Shown: positions 11,500 to 24,481 of the stretch, piece after piece
Layout: every line of letters starts with the position of its first letter
Position numbering within the stretch: position 1 is the stretch's first letter
Source: Aplysia californica
Lineage: Eukaryota
Assembly: GCF_000002075.1 (NCBI RefSeq)
Contig: NW_004797391.1
Coordinates: forward strand, 652,805-716,804
Length of the DNA: 64,000 bases
Direction: 5' to 3'
The notes under the pieces: generated by a model
The model's input: only the letters and a program-made list of their open reading frames with translations
Database searches by the model: none
What the model was told of the DNA's origin: nothing
Translations under genes and position numbers: made by a program

Positions 11500-13950
11500 A
11501 TGACTGCCTACAGATCGAGAGAGAGAGAAATTGCGGACTTGCTTAATGACCTCAGATTGATAAATTTAGCTCAATTTGCTCTTACAAATGATTTGTTGAG
11601 TATTTTGGAGGACTATTTCGTTTTGAAAGACATTGACAGCGATGTGGAAGGCGCCAAGCGTGAAGGAGAAGAGATCCGTGTGCTATTGCCATGCCCATGT
11701 CTTTTTACCACTTTTACTACCACTCCTGTTACAAGTGGGGAAGAAATTCTGTCTCCTCATTCCTCTGGTAAGTTGTAGCCCAGTTTTAACTAAATGTTCA
11801 TGTCCTGAAGACTTTTAAGAATAATATTCAAATTATAGTGTAACAAAATTATTCTTTTCCAAGTTACGAATAGATTGATCTAGATCTATAAGATCAATAT
11901 CTTAGGCAATTCAGTAGTTCTTCTAAGTGATAAAAGTTGCACCTATGTACTGAAAACTATTACACAGGCTCATATTAAAATATTTTAGGATACACACTAA
12001 TGCAGGAGACAGAGCATAGTGGAGGGGTTGAGGTGTTTCATTTTTTAGGGAGGATGATTGCTATAGCACTTCACTAGACTCTAGTGTCTTTTCAGTCGAA
12101 AAGTCCCTTCTACTTGTACAGATCTGATTGTAAACTTTCTCTTTTACTCCCTATTACTATGAAAAAAGTTGATGCCGGGGAAAATGTAAAAGTTTGTTTT
12201 AAACTTTGCCCACAGCCCTTGCGACCCCTGAGACGAGTGTAATGGACTGTCCAGGTGTCCTGCTATTGTAAACATCTTTGATCTTAATGCTCCCGGTGCT
12301 GTTGATACTGTGGCCAATCAGGCTGGGCTTGCACTACGCAATAGAGCGTGGTCGATTCTGCGGGACTAATGTTAGACCGGCAACTAAACTGACACCCATT
12401 TTTTTATCTTGAGATTGAACACCCTTGATATGTACATGCTAGTCTCACTGGGTCTGTGTGCATTTGTCTGGTTTCTAAATCAGTTTGTAGAGGAAAAGGG
12501 GGAGAAATTTCATTATTGTATGCCATTTGCCTAAAAATATAGTTTCTATTTAAATTATCTGGAAGTGTTGTCTTTGAATTATCCTCGAGTATTTTAGATA
12601 AATCTCTTTCTTCCTCATGAAATAAGACATGTTCATCTCACATGATATTTAACCACAACCGTATCTATCTTTTCCTCTCTTTTGAACAGTTGATGATGAT
12701 GATGCTCTTTGCCAAGCTTTCACAGAGGGTCTGTCAGCAAGAATTACACCGACAACAAAACAATCTGATGCACTGGGAGAAGTTGTTAAAAGGCTATGCA
12801 ATTACAAGTCAGGAAGTCAGCCATGCTACGCACAATTTCCTGCAGATGTTGTATTACAGCTTGGGAATTCCTATATGGAGATGTCGAGAGATGAACATGA
12901 TATTGCTGTTGTCAGTCAGCTTAGTGCTGGAATGGGTCGTTCTGGACAGGCTAAACATGCGGGGAGAACAAGTGAAAGGAAAAAACTCGAAAAGAAATAT
13001 ACCTTCGCATGGCGAAGTGATTTGCAGCCATTTCTTGATATTGTTACACAGTATGAGTCTAGATAAATTAATTGCAGTGACCAAACACTATTTTTATTAT
13101 TGTGCTTCTACTAGAGTTCATAATCAAAAAGATCAAATCCCTTACATGCATTATCATTCGTTGAAACCAAGCATGTTATTGATTTTATTTTAAAATTATG
13201 CAGAAACCCAAGCTGTCTTGTTTCTTGGGCGTCAGCCTAAACACTCTGACACCATTGTGAAGCTGGTACCAACAAATGTCACCAAGAAGAGTGTTAATAA
13301 TGTGTACATTGATGCAGCAACAGCTAGCAATGCACGAATTGAATAGTAAGCCAGTGGAGGTTCAGATGTCTTTGGCAGCAACTTGCTCCTTTTTTTTTTA
13401 CAATGTACACTTCAACTGACTTTTGTTAGTTCTGTTGGAAGAAAGTCGTGCACTAGCAGTGTTCTTCAAATTAGCGATATATAAGGAAAAGAGCAAAATG
13501 GCTTTACAAGTCCAAAACCAGTTGTGAAAAACTGACATTGAACAAGTTTACTGTTGTCAGGTTGACAAAAATACAGCAACTTGTTTGTCTGCTGGCATTA
13601 CACTGGTCTTTACTAACTGGTCCAGTATTCTTCCAAACCTGAAGAAATTGTAGCTTGTTCATGAAAATGTCCTCTTGAAGGAATGCATTTTTCCTGGCAA
13701 AGGGGCCAGTTGTGTTGCTTCCCTTTTACACTTATTTTTCGAACACTGTGGCATTTGAGAAAAGCGTGTTCACCTGCATGCTAATAACTATAGTAGGAAA
13801 AAACAAAACAATTTTGTGATGCAGTGTCTTTAGTGCACGGCTGTTCAGTTTCTCTCTCCGAGAGACGCACTTAATTATAGGCGGTCTGACCTCTCTCACC
13901 CCTTGAGGAAGGTAATGAATCATGGTGGGTTACACCATTTCTACCAGCCG
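11500..13950 (+). pseudogene. Degenerate DDE transposase of a Sola-like DNA transposon in GPN3 intron 4
   Basis: Frameshifted fragments: CYAQFPADVVLQLGNSYMEMSRDEHDIAVVSQL (~12820-12920), KNYAETQAVLFLGRQPKH..VKLVPTNVTKK (~13190-13290), CLWQQLAP, and SLLHLFFEHCGI*EKRVHLHANNYSR..KNNFVM (~13720-13825), which resembles the HADNCxGQNKN catalytic motif. A GC-rich promoter-like block lies at 10630-10950. Element ends were not found. Confidence 0.7.
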
Positions 13951-15799
13951 ATCCGTGGATCTGACCGCTCAGCACGGAATAGGTACAATTTCAAGAAATT
14001 ATCTAAAGCTTGTAAGCAGCGTTGATTTCTGTGTGAAAACTTTAAGCCTGGCTTAATACTGTATTATAGGCTGAACATCGACAATGACATAGCGGACAAG
14101 CATTCTAACACTTGATGTGTGAAATGTGGCACATAAATCTACAAAGGCCGTACAAAAATGTGTTGAAGACAGTGTCAATATATGGTCCGCTTACGACGCA
14201 AGTTTGAGCGTTAATGAGTGTTCTGTGTGTGTTTGCTGTGTTTAACTGAGCAAAGGATGCATTAAAGAGCGCATTCCTTTAATAACGGAAGGACACGAGT
14301 ATACGATGGCATGGAAAAGAACTGTAGGTATAAAGAGCAAACAAAGACAACTAAAAGAAACGCACCAAGTACAAACATTGTTGGAATAGAAGACTTTACT
14401 TCCTGAGCTGAAGGAAAAATACAGGAAAAAATACCAAGACCACAAGGCGATTCACAAATAAAACCGTAGCTCCTTAATAGTTTTACTGTGTGTTTATCAT
14501 ACATAAATATTAACTGGAATGACATCAGTTCAGCTGTGAAAGTGTAAAGAATAGCCTTCCATCTACTGTTTTCACATTCTATGACAAGGCTGTGCACATA
14601 AAGCAACGAAAGTAACAAGACTTCTCAGAGGAAACTCAAAAACGTAAATGTGTTTGAAAGTTCAGAGTGTGACTGTGAGCTGACAATGAAGACTAAAAAT
14701 CAGTTGACCCGTTGCTTTTAATTGGGTTTTTAAAGAAATGTTTGTTTGTGATAACCAACCATTGATGTGAGTCACATTCTCGCTCTTTTGAAAATTGAAC
14801 CGCACTTTCTTTCACTTCTTTGTGATAAATATTATACTGTCATAAAATGCTCTTTCGTTTCCATGTGATCATTTGATTATTGTTTTGTTGACTTTCCCGG
14901 CTGTAATAAGAACAGATGCGGTTTTATGTGTACAAAACATAACATTGTGGGTGATCAGTCAATCTATTCCACTTTGATATAAACTCCATAATTGAATGTA
15001 AAGAATTCTGTGGCTCCCAATGTAGTGATCAACATGTTTTGAAGATTCATTATGCTAATTAAATGCCTGATCAATTGAATGTGGACTCCGCGGGGATCCA
15101 TAGAAACTTCTGCTTCTAAGATAACCTAAATTTCGAAAGCCCATTAAAATGTGTGACACTAACAGGGTCCCCTGGACATAAAATAAAAGTGTGTGTTACT
15201 GTTGTTTAATTTATTGATGCATCTAACTTGTTTGCTCTTCAATTATGATATTTTATTCATTTAAAAAATGAAATGTCTGGTAATGTCCAGGCAATGTTTT
15301 GATAATTTCTTTGATATGATTAAATGCCCCTGGCAGCTTGCTAAGGGCTGTCAAAAAGGAATCAAATTTTAACTTCAATCTCTGAAAGAACACGACTACC
15401 ATTGAAAATCATTCAACACAATGTGAAAATGGCCTTAATCAATGATATTCTTCAAACCAGGCTTGCCTGAGTTGAAAGCAGTCTGACTTGTCAACTGAGC
15501 TGAGTGTGTCTTCAAGCCATTGTTGTATTTTTGTGGCGTATATGCGGAGATTGCTTTTTATATTGTCGTCAAATACTGATAATAATAGAGATGCCAACCA
15601 GTACGATTTTACGTATTTTAGTAAGATTTTTTGCCGAAAATACGCGAATACGACTTTTCATGTAAAAATATGCATCCCAGATTGCGAAAAATACGAGATT
15701 GAGCTTGCGCGAGTAAACCTAATTATCTCAAGTCCCATCTTTTGTCAAAATAGTATCAGTATCGCAGAACTGGAAGTCCGATGTGGTCAGTAAGTTCAT

Positions 15800-16755
15800 T
15801 TTTGCCAGTCGCGATTGTGAATATAATATTTGTTCTGCTTTTCCCCGTCCGGAGAGTACGTTTCACTTTCACGCGAATAGGCAGCTATGGCGGCAGGCGG
15901 AAGCGTATGTTACGCCGAGGATCGATCGGGAAAATCAAGATCTACTTTCGCTTTTGTTAGCACCGAGAAGTTTGCCGTGCAAATAAAATGTAAAAAATGC
16001 TCGGACTCGTCGCTGTGCTGTCACTTGTTGGAAAAAAGAAAATACAAGCGTCGTCCGATTTTTAGATTGTCTGGCTCGCCATCGTGACCGGTCACTGAAC
16101 CTGCGCGCATTCGCATCATTATGCGGCATCGTGTGAGTAAAGACCGTCTTTGGTGGGAGTAATGGCGTTTCGAAGTATATGACTACGGAATAGGGGATGA
16201 GATTATTGATTTTTTAAATTTTTTTTTGGGGGGTGTTAAGGCAACATCTGAGGACAAAAACTTGGAAGAACATTTCAGAATTTTGATTAGAGCTTTCTGC
16301 AAAACGTGGGTTGGTGCTGGCCGTGTGCGGAATCGGGACCCCGAACTTTGCAAGTCTGTGTTATTGAAATGAAGTGTTCACGTTTCATTGGATGGATGAA
16401 CGTAAATTATACCTACAGTGTATGTTTTTGCTTTCTTTTCAAGACTGGTAGATTTTCAGTGTCACTGCATCTTGCCCTACCACAGTTGTTACAACTCTCA
16501 CAGTGCATGGGTCTACTTGAGCCATTCAAGTTATTGCTTTTCTCTGAGTTTGAGCAATAATTTGAGTCTGTCAGTTCATAATGTGAATCATGACACCCAG
16601 ACTGGTTCTTGATAGTCGAAATTCTTGTTTTAGGCCCTTCCGAACTCTCAAAGCAGGATTTATTTTTTATATAATAATGAGAGGAAAATATTATGAAATA
16701 CTTAAGTCTAACAAAACCCCAGTGCGACATTGAACACTGACATGTTGTTGACTGG
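15800..16755 (+). repeat. ~1 kb interspersed repeat, homologous to ~42440-43450
   Basis: Collinear shared blocks such as ttgtctggctcgccatc.tgaccggtca.tgaacctgcgc, gtctacttgagccattcaagttatt and cactgacatgttgttgact. Confidence 0.85.
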
Positions 16756-17264
16756 ATACATGTATATTGTATGCGTGTGTGCTCTCTTTTTCGAGCTGGT
16801 GAGCTAGTAATTTTTTTTCAGGAAATATTGGACACCCTGAACATTTTACTATTACTGGTTGGTCGGTCGGTCGGTCGTGGGGAATACACATTTTCCCCTG
16901 AAAATACACATTTTCATATTTCCCAATACTCATTTCGGTTTTCTGTTGTTGGCATCTCTGTAATAAGAATTATTGATATATTATACAACAGTCACCTTGT
17001 ACCGTTTTCACTATGAAAAATGCTAAATTTTTAGTGAACAGTGGTTTAAGCCTTCATCTTTGCACTTTCATATGGACCTACAATGACCATGTTCATCATG
17101 ACTTAATCAAGGGGATAAAGAACGAATTAATGACGCAAATGTGTGTCGGGGGGGGGTCCATTTTATACAACTGAAAGAATGCGAGTGTTTGGGAAAAATG
17201 CTATCTTTATCTTAAGATTCCTGATGCCTGAAACTTGGTCGTTTCTGTTGGGCAGGTCAGATTG

Positions 17265-17340
17265 AATGAGTGGTTGGAGGGAGCCACTGCTAGGTCCTAC
17301 TTCTTTTCTTTCTTTCTGTTGTTTCTGTCTGTATTACTTT
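17265..17340 (+). repeat. Short degenerate interspersed repeat; also ~22035, ~22130, ~44310 (+) and ~47865-47975, ~51820-51925, ~55600-55680 (-)
   Basis: Recurrent gtggttggagggcgccact...ggtcct followed by a pyrimidine-rich tctgtctgtc tract. Confidence 0.6.
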
Positions 17341-17696
17341 TGTGAGTGGTTGGCAGTTACTGTGGTGTGGTTTTCTCTTTCTTTCCTACACCACAAACAC
17401 ATAGACAGGTCAGTGGTTAGTTGTCCATCGTTCTTATCTCACCTCCTTTATTTGTGTTTGTTACTCTCTTTTAACACCTCTAATCTTCAGCACTTTTGTA
17501 ACCTAATTGTGTTGCAAGTTCTGTAAAACACTTACTAAAACATTAAACAAAAACTTATTTTTTCCCTGCACTATAAAAAGTTTGGGTACAAAAGTGACTC
17601 GATTTTATTGAATTAAGGGAATAAAAAAATTACTGACACAAATGTGTTTTTCCCTATTTCATCAGATGTGAATAATGTGTTTCTTTTTACTCAAAG

Positions 17697-17937
17697 GCCA
17701 GATTGAGCTGTACACTCACATCCCGGTGATGCGACAGCTGGTAGAGCGACTGCAGGCCTGGGACTTTCGTGTCTGCGTGGTCTTTCTCCTGGACGCTCAG
17801 TTCCTGGTGGATGCGGCCAAGTTTGTGTCGGGCTCGCTGACCGCTCTGTCCACCATGGTCAACCTGGAGGTGCCCCATGTCAACGTCATCACCAAGATGG
17901 ACCTGTTGAGTAAATCTGCTCGCAAACACATCGACAG
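17697..17937 (+). CDS. GPN3: GPN3 exon 5 ([16 protein letters not shown]...[20 protein letters not shown])
   Basis: aaag acceptor, gtcagt donor, 241 nt, GQIE and TKMD (G4) motifs. Confidence 0.97.
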
Positions 17938-17961
17938 GTCAGTGGTTAGGTTATCATGAAG

Positions 17962-20091
17962 CATGACGCTAGACACGTGATTCAACCGCCTAAATGACAT
18001 TTTCTAAAATCACTTTTTGATAATTTTATGTAGTGCAGCCTTTAATACACCTTATGTTAAAATCCAGAGTTTGAAAGATTACTGCAAAGTGTTTCAATGC
18101 TTCAGTAAATCAATCGCCTGTGTCACACCTGTCCCCAATTTCCACATGATTCAACCGCTCAAGTGCCTGTTTTGCAGCCCGGTGGCAAATGGGCGATTGA
18201 ATCACACAGATTCTGTGGCTTGTTCAGGTGTTCACCTGTCACGTAGGTGGCGTGACACACCCGACTGTGGCCTTTGTCAAAACAGACTGGTGGGTAACAT
18301 CAACACAAAGTGCCGCCTTTGTTAACTTCGACTCAGCTCGAACTCTATTGATAGCCAAAAGATTTTGTCAAGGCAGTTTGCGTAGTCTATCACTAGGTTT
18401 GGTAGTGCAGTTGAGAAAGGGCAATATGGCATCAAATAATATATTAATACTGGTTCCACCAAGTCGGTAAATTGTGGCAAAAACTACTGACAAATGAGTT
18501 TTCGTAAAAGTCTGTGGTTGACAGCTAAGGGGTGCTTATTTCACACTCGGTAAAACTATTGGAAAATATTTTTATCGCAACTTTTGGCACTTCGTAATTT
18601 TATTTAAGTGTGCACCCCTTGCTGTGTCTGTCAAGTACCATTCTTGAACCATTGATTAGTAAATCAGTGCAGGGTAGATGATACTTAATTTGTCACTCGA
18701 AAAATAAAAAACAAACCATAAACTTATTCGCCAGGAAAATTCTTTCTTCAACAAGCCTTTAACTTCATCTCTCCAGCTGTACACTTCAGTTTGAAACAAA
18801 TCTCATACATTCTATTTACATGCCAAACAATGAGTTTCTTTACAACTGCCCTCATATTGTAGTTATTCATGACTGTTTCAAAGACAGTTCACATGATTTG
18901 GAGATGGGAGCTCCACGATTTTCAAATTACCAGAGAGCTGAAGAGGACAAGCAATTTTGTGATAGTAATTCTTTGACAAACTTGACGAAATTGCTCTCCC
19001 ATTACTGCAGTCAGAATACTGGCACAAAATCCAATGGATGGGACTAGAGTATGTCTAGTGTGCATGGACTTGAAAGCGGATTTGTTAACATGACTTTGAA
19101 CGCATCTGCTGCATTATACCATAATAACAGAACCAAATTAGCTGTCTATATTTTTTTTAAATTTGGTAATCAAAGATGTGAAGTGTCACGCTTGGAATGA
19201 AGGAGAAGGACCATTGATTGCCAAGGCATTCTCTTCTTGTGTAAGTAACTTCGTAGAGCCTACTGACAATAAATATGCCACATTCATAATACAGTGATGG
19301 TTGTACTTATCAGACCACAACGCTATCTTGTTAAATGCAATCAACGACATTTGTACCAGGAAGAACAAAACTGTTGAACACAAATATCTTGAAAAGGAAC
19401 GAATGCAGATGGAAGTGGACAGCACACACAGTGTAATATGGTCTATGTACTCATGGATAATCTTGAACGTTTTAAAGAAAGCAAGACAATGTGTCGTCCC
19501 ACCCACCCTTGGTGTTCGATTTCTGGACCTTTTAGACCTGGCTGAAACAAAAATGACCCTATTGTCACACATGTTCGTTGCCTTTGATACACATTGAACA
19601 AAAACATCCAGTACAAATCGAACCTTAAGATGTATGGTCTTTTTTACCTACTCCATAAGGCCAAAACCAGTCCTGCCCCAGAAGACCAATCCAAATGACA
19701 AAAATAATTACTCTGAACTTTTCATAATCACTTTTAAAACTATTATAGTTTGCTTTAGTCGATTACTCAAACGTCCAAGCGACCATTGGCGCTCACAGAG
19801 TGGCGTTGATTAATGTCATTCAAACGCCAAGATGCTGTCATACTGTCACTTAAGTGGTTGAATCATGTAGGTTTTGGTAGGTCTAAACCGCCTATGTCCA
19901 GTAACTTATGTAAGAATGTAAGAAAGCTTTTTTAAAAAGTTAGTTACATACCATCCTCCTACATCATAGTATATCATATATCTGAATTTTAGATTCATAG
20001 GTACGAGCATAAAAAAATAAAACAGTTTTTTGCTTCTCCTGCAAAGTTTGTCTCTTGGCACTAAGATGGTTGAATCATATGGCTAGCGATG
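17962..20091 (-). mobile_element. Decayed TIR DNA transposon in GPN3 intron 5 (possibly Sola-like)
   Basis: Left catgacgctagacacgtgattcaacc versus right ggttgaatcatatggctagcgatg (imperfect TIR). Subterminal copies at ~18146 and ~19847; AAG on both flanks. Minus-strand remnant IALWSD...G.S near 19190-19330. Superfamily is uncertain. Confidence 0.7.
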
Positions 20092-20657
20092 AAGTGCATC
20101 TATGCAGGTGGTTTCTTGCTTGATTTTGTCAGTTTGTGTGTGTGCTCTCCAAAGAATTTGACGAACACAACTTCAGTACACGAGTAATCAGTGAGCTTAG
20201 TGTCAACACTTATTGTCTCAATTTTGATGACCCAGCTTATTTCAGTGCGGCACAATGGTGATCAGCAACAGCATGCTTCTGTTTCAGTTTATGATTATGA
20301 TGCTATATTGGCAGTTTTGAAAAACATAATGAAACAAATCTCCCTTATCAGATAAATAGAACATCACTGTCTTCCTTTTTTTCTTCTTTTTTGTCCTTTG
20401 TTTTGATTTGCTATCTTCTATGGAACAGACATTTTTTAAAACGATGTTCATCCTGTCAAATGCCTAACTCAAGATCACTGTTCAGTTACTAAAGGTAGCA
20501 TCAATATTGTTTGTGAACCTGCTTTGACTAATTTCCTCCTAACTTTAGTTCAGGCAGTTGCCATATCTATGTTCACCAGTGAGGTAGTTTGAAGTTGTAG
20601 ATATCTTTATATGTGTATTTGCAAGTGAATAGTAATGCAACTTCTGTGTCTATATAG

Positions 20658-20757
20658 GTACCTGGAGCCAGAATTGAGCACACTCCTAATGGATGAGTTT
20701 GAGGAGACGAACGTTGGTCCCAAGTTCAAATCCCTGAACAAGGCCATGGCTCAACTG
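20658..20757 (+). CDS. GPN3: GPN3 exon 6 (YLEPELSTLLMDEFEETNVGPKFKSLNKAMAQL)
   Basis: tatag acceptor, gtgagt donor, 100 nt, phase-consistent. Confidence 0.95.
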
Positions 20758-22304
20758 GTGAGTGGTTTTAAGCATTTACAGATTAGAAAAACTTTTCTTC
20801 TATTTGTTTGTGGGGAGAAAAACGATTTTGTGAGAAGGAAGAGTTTTACTTGTGAAAATTATTTATTAGCCATAATTTTGGGGTGGGAGGGAATATCAAA
20901 TCAAATCAGTGAAGACCAAAGTGTGGTTTCTGGTCGAGTGCAAATTGACTGTTTGGTGTAAGAATCAATCGTTTGTAACTTTTCCAAATTTTACACTGAG
21001 CAGTCGAAATGTTTCAGTGATATAAACTTTTTTTCTAGGTGAGACTGATTAATACTAATAATATGTTAAAGAAAGTAAAAAATCTTGTTTTTCATTTTGA
21101 AATCATCTGTCTTAAATCTATAATTCATCGGTAAGCTGTTCAAATGTCCCAAGCCCAGAAAGCAAATTTTTTCAGTAGAGAGAAAAAACTGTTTCTCTCT
21201 TTCTAACAATCGTACCTCTACATTTCGTATCTTATCTTTCTTTTTTCAATATATACCATTTGAATTTCGGCAAAAATCTCTTGAGCACATGCAACCAATC
21301 CTCAAATTGATTTAATTAAGAAACCACAAAAAATAAAATTTTCAAAGTTTTCGGCTTAGTCCATTTTAACAGCTGGTCCTTGATATATCTGATATATATG
21401 TAATATTAGGAAAAATATATACATTTGACCTACCTGACAGGGGGAGGGGGGAACTGCTATCTGATCTGCACAGGCCAAGAATTGATCTTTTAAAACTGGG
21501 AAGTTGAAAAAAGCTCTGTTTGGCTTTAAGCCCTCATGGTTATTTACTGTTTGCAGCGTCAGGAATTGTGATGGGAAATTAGGGGGGGGCAATGGCGAAA
21601 TGGATGGCTAATCTGGCATTTTCAGCCAAGTTAGAGAAACTCGAGTTCTAGGTTCACATGTTGATATCTGTCATCGATAACTTCAATCTAGCCCAATTTT
21701 TTCTCATTGATTTGATTGCTGGTTACAGCAATTGCCTTTGAGGCTTACTTTATTTTTTCTTATTATCTTTCTTGGTCATTTTGTCTCATGATGGCCCAGT
21801 TGCTTCATTTTAGTTTAGAATGTTACAGGTTTCCAGTTTTCCTAATGATCCTGTGACAGTAAGGGATGTGGGTCCAATATCAGCCATACAAATATATTTT
21901 TTTTTATGGAAGAAAGACTGGGTACTTTGTATATGTATGAAACATTATTAAATTCGTCTCAGTAGCTCTTTTACATGCTGAGTGGGTTGATCAGTAATAA
22001 TTGCTATTTGTTAGACTTTGAATTCCTCATTTATTGGTTGGAGGGTATCACTGGTGGTTACTACTTCTTCTCTCTCCCTATATTTTTCCTGTCTGTTTTA
22101 TGTGCTTTTTCTCTTCATTGTCTGCCCAGCGAGTGGTTTGAGGGTGGCGTCACTGGCAGGTCTTACTTCCTTTCTATCTCTCTGCAGTTTTTGTCTCTAT
22201 TTGGGTTGTTCCCTGCACAAAATAAATAGCTGTTATCATATATAGTCAATGTGCTTGTCTGTACTCACTTCAAAGTGAACTTGCTTGCTCCATCCACCAC
22301 ACAG

Positions 22305-22433
22305 CTGGATGACTTCAGCCTGGTGCACTTCCTTCCACTGGATTACAATGATGAAGGAAACATCACAGATCTGCTGGTCCACATAGACTCAACGATACAG
22401 TACGGAGAGGATCTCGAACCCAGAGAGATGAGG
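22305..22433 (+). CDS. GPN3: GPN3 exon 7 (LDDFSLVHFLPLDYNDEGNITDLLVHIDSTIQYGEDLEPREMR)
   Basis: acag acceptor, gtaagc donor, 129 nt, conserved IQYGEDxEP motif. Confidence 0.97.
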
Positions 22434-23218
22434 GTAAGCTGCTGCAAAGCCATTTTTATTCTGTTAGGACTTTGGAGTGAAGTTAAATTTTAAGCTGTGC
22501 AGGAAAATATACTGGCATTTGTATTGTCAAAGTTATGCTCTTTGCAGTTACACACAGAAAGCATGTGTTTAATGACTGTCGGGAAGTTATTTTGTTTTTC
22601 TGTCTTCTGGAATGCTGTATCTCACCAAGTCCAGATTCACCCTGACGGGCATGATCGGGTCAGAACAGTCTGCCTTTTAAATGGTCTATTTTTGTTTTGC
22701 CTGGAACTTTAAGTACTTACAATTCCCTTCTTCTTCTCGATCACATCACACTTAAAGTCTGGGGTGTGTCGTAAATTGGGCAGTCCTGATCAGTTCATTT
22801 GTCTGCCTGTATAGCTTCTCTTGTAGTGTCAGTGGGGTTTGCCACACTTACAATTCTTTATAGGACGGTGTAGGTCATTGTAAGTCATAAGTCCAGAGCA
22901 CTGATCTGAAGAGGAGAGAAATATTCTGGTAGTGGTGAGAAAAGTTGAGATATCATTTTGATTTAATGATGTTGTTTGAATGGTGAAGCTTCTGCTAGTC
23001 ATAATGGATCAGTTTTGGTCAAGAACCGAATAACTGATAGATCATCATTTGGTATTTTCAACTGTTCATCGTGATCTAAAGAGTGAGGAGTTTGAATGAA
23101 AGGATCTGGCTAATTTTAATCTGTTCTCAGCCTCTTTTTAATTTTAATCAAGCCATTACTTCACATTGCTGATCAGAGTTAGTGGTATAAGGATTAGCTT
23201 CTTCATTGATGTATTTAA

Positions 23219-23876
23219 CCCACTCAATCCCATGGCCGAGATATCTCGGTCAGCTTGTGGGCTGTGTTCAATCCCACGATTGAGATAACTCAGTTCTATA
23301 GTTTTGTTCCGTATACTAGTTGTTTCGTTTCGGAAAACGGCTTCAAGTTTTATATGAGGTCAATTTATTATTTCCCCGGCCAGTTCAGCCTAGAGGGGTT
23401 TTGGAATTTGTTTCTACTGTTATTACAGACGCAGAAATCGCAGTTGTTTTTAAGGCACTTTCAGCATATTTGTTCACAGTGATCTGCTGAGCTTGTCTAG
23501 CGATCAATTCTCTCTGCCTTTCTCACACATAGATTTTTTTTAATTCATGAAAATATTTAACAGTCTTTGTTATACATCACATACAATCTAGACACTTACA
23601 AGCATATTCGAATATATCAATGTAGGCTTGCTCTTGCTCATTTGGCCATGAAAAAAAATTATTCACTCCAAAAATGTCAAATTTGTAGAACACCCCAAAG
23701 CAAAACTACTAAAGCTAGGTACTTTGAATTTGGTATGTCTAAAGATCCATCTTAAGTTGTACTTCGCGCCAAATTTCAAGCAATTATATTTAAGGTTAAT
23801 AGTGGGCCCTTACATAAGTGCCAAAATGACCGGTTTCTGGGTACAATTTTGGGAAAAACTCCCGGGATTGAGTGAG
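23219..23876. mobile_element. piggyBac-type MITE in GPN3 intron 7
   Basis: TTAA|cccactcaatccc ... gggattgagtgag|TTAA: 13-bp TIR with 1 mismatch and a TTAA TSD. Confidence 0.85.
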
Positions 23877-24424
23877 TTAAAAGACTCGATTCCCATGTTT
23901 GGAAAGTCAATTTTTATTGAGTATCTTTGTCTTTTTGCTCGAGTACTGTACTCCTCTCAGCTCAATATGACTCTGTCAGGGAGTCATGAAACAGCCTGCC
24001 TGAATATCCTAAATTGTGTTGATGGGGGAGAAAAACATGATCAGAGAGTCAATTTTTTCTTAGTACTTTTTCTTTGCTGGTGGGCTTTATTCAGCGGGAT
24101 AAGTCAAGACTACCAACCGGGTGGTTGGTAGATATATACCTATTACTGTTGTTCTAACCTAACTAACCAGTTGTTTGTGAAATGTTGCCTTTACAGTACC
24201 GTCTTGGTGCTTACTTCAAATCTTGAAGACTGCTTGCTGGTTGGTTTCATTCATGAGAGAGTGTGTGGTTGGGTCTAGTTGGTCCACAGGTTGTTCTTTT
24301 GGACAGTGAAAACAGTACTTCTGCATGCACAACAAATAGGAAATAGGGTTTCCAATATAAGCTGTGTATCATGTTTTGTTTTTGTGGAGGAGTTGTTGAT
24401 TTTTTTACTCCCCCTTTTTTTCAG

Positions 24425-24481
24425 GACCCTGTAGACGCAGAAGGTCAAAATGAGGATGTGGACAGTGGACTGGATGACTGA
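24425..24481 (+). CDS. GPN3: GPN3 exon 8, terminal (DPVDAEGQNEDVDSGLDD*)
   Basis: Strong pyrimidine tract plus tttcag, phase 0, acidic tail and TGA. It gives a total CDS of 852 nt (283 aa), a typical GPN3 length. Confidence 0.85.
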   Translation, partial: DPVDAEGQNEDVDSGLDD

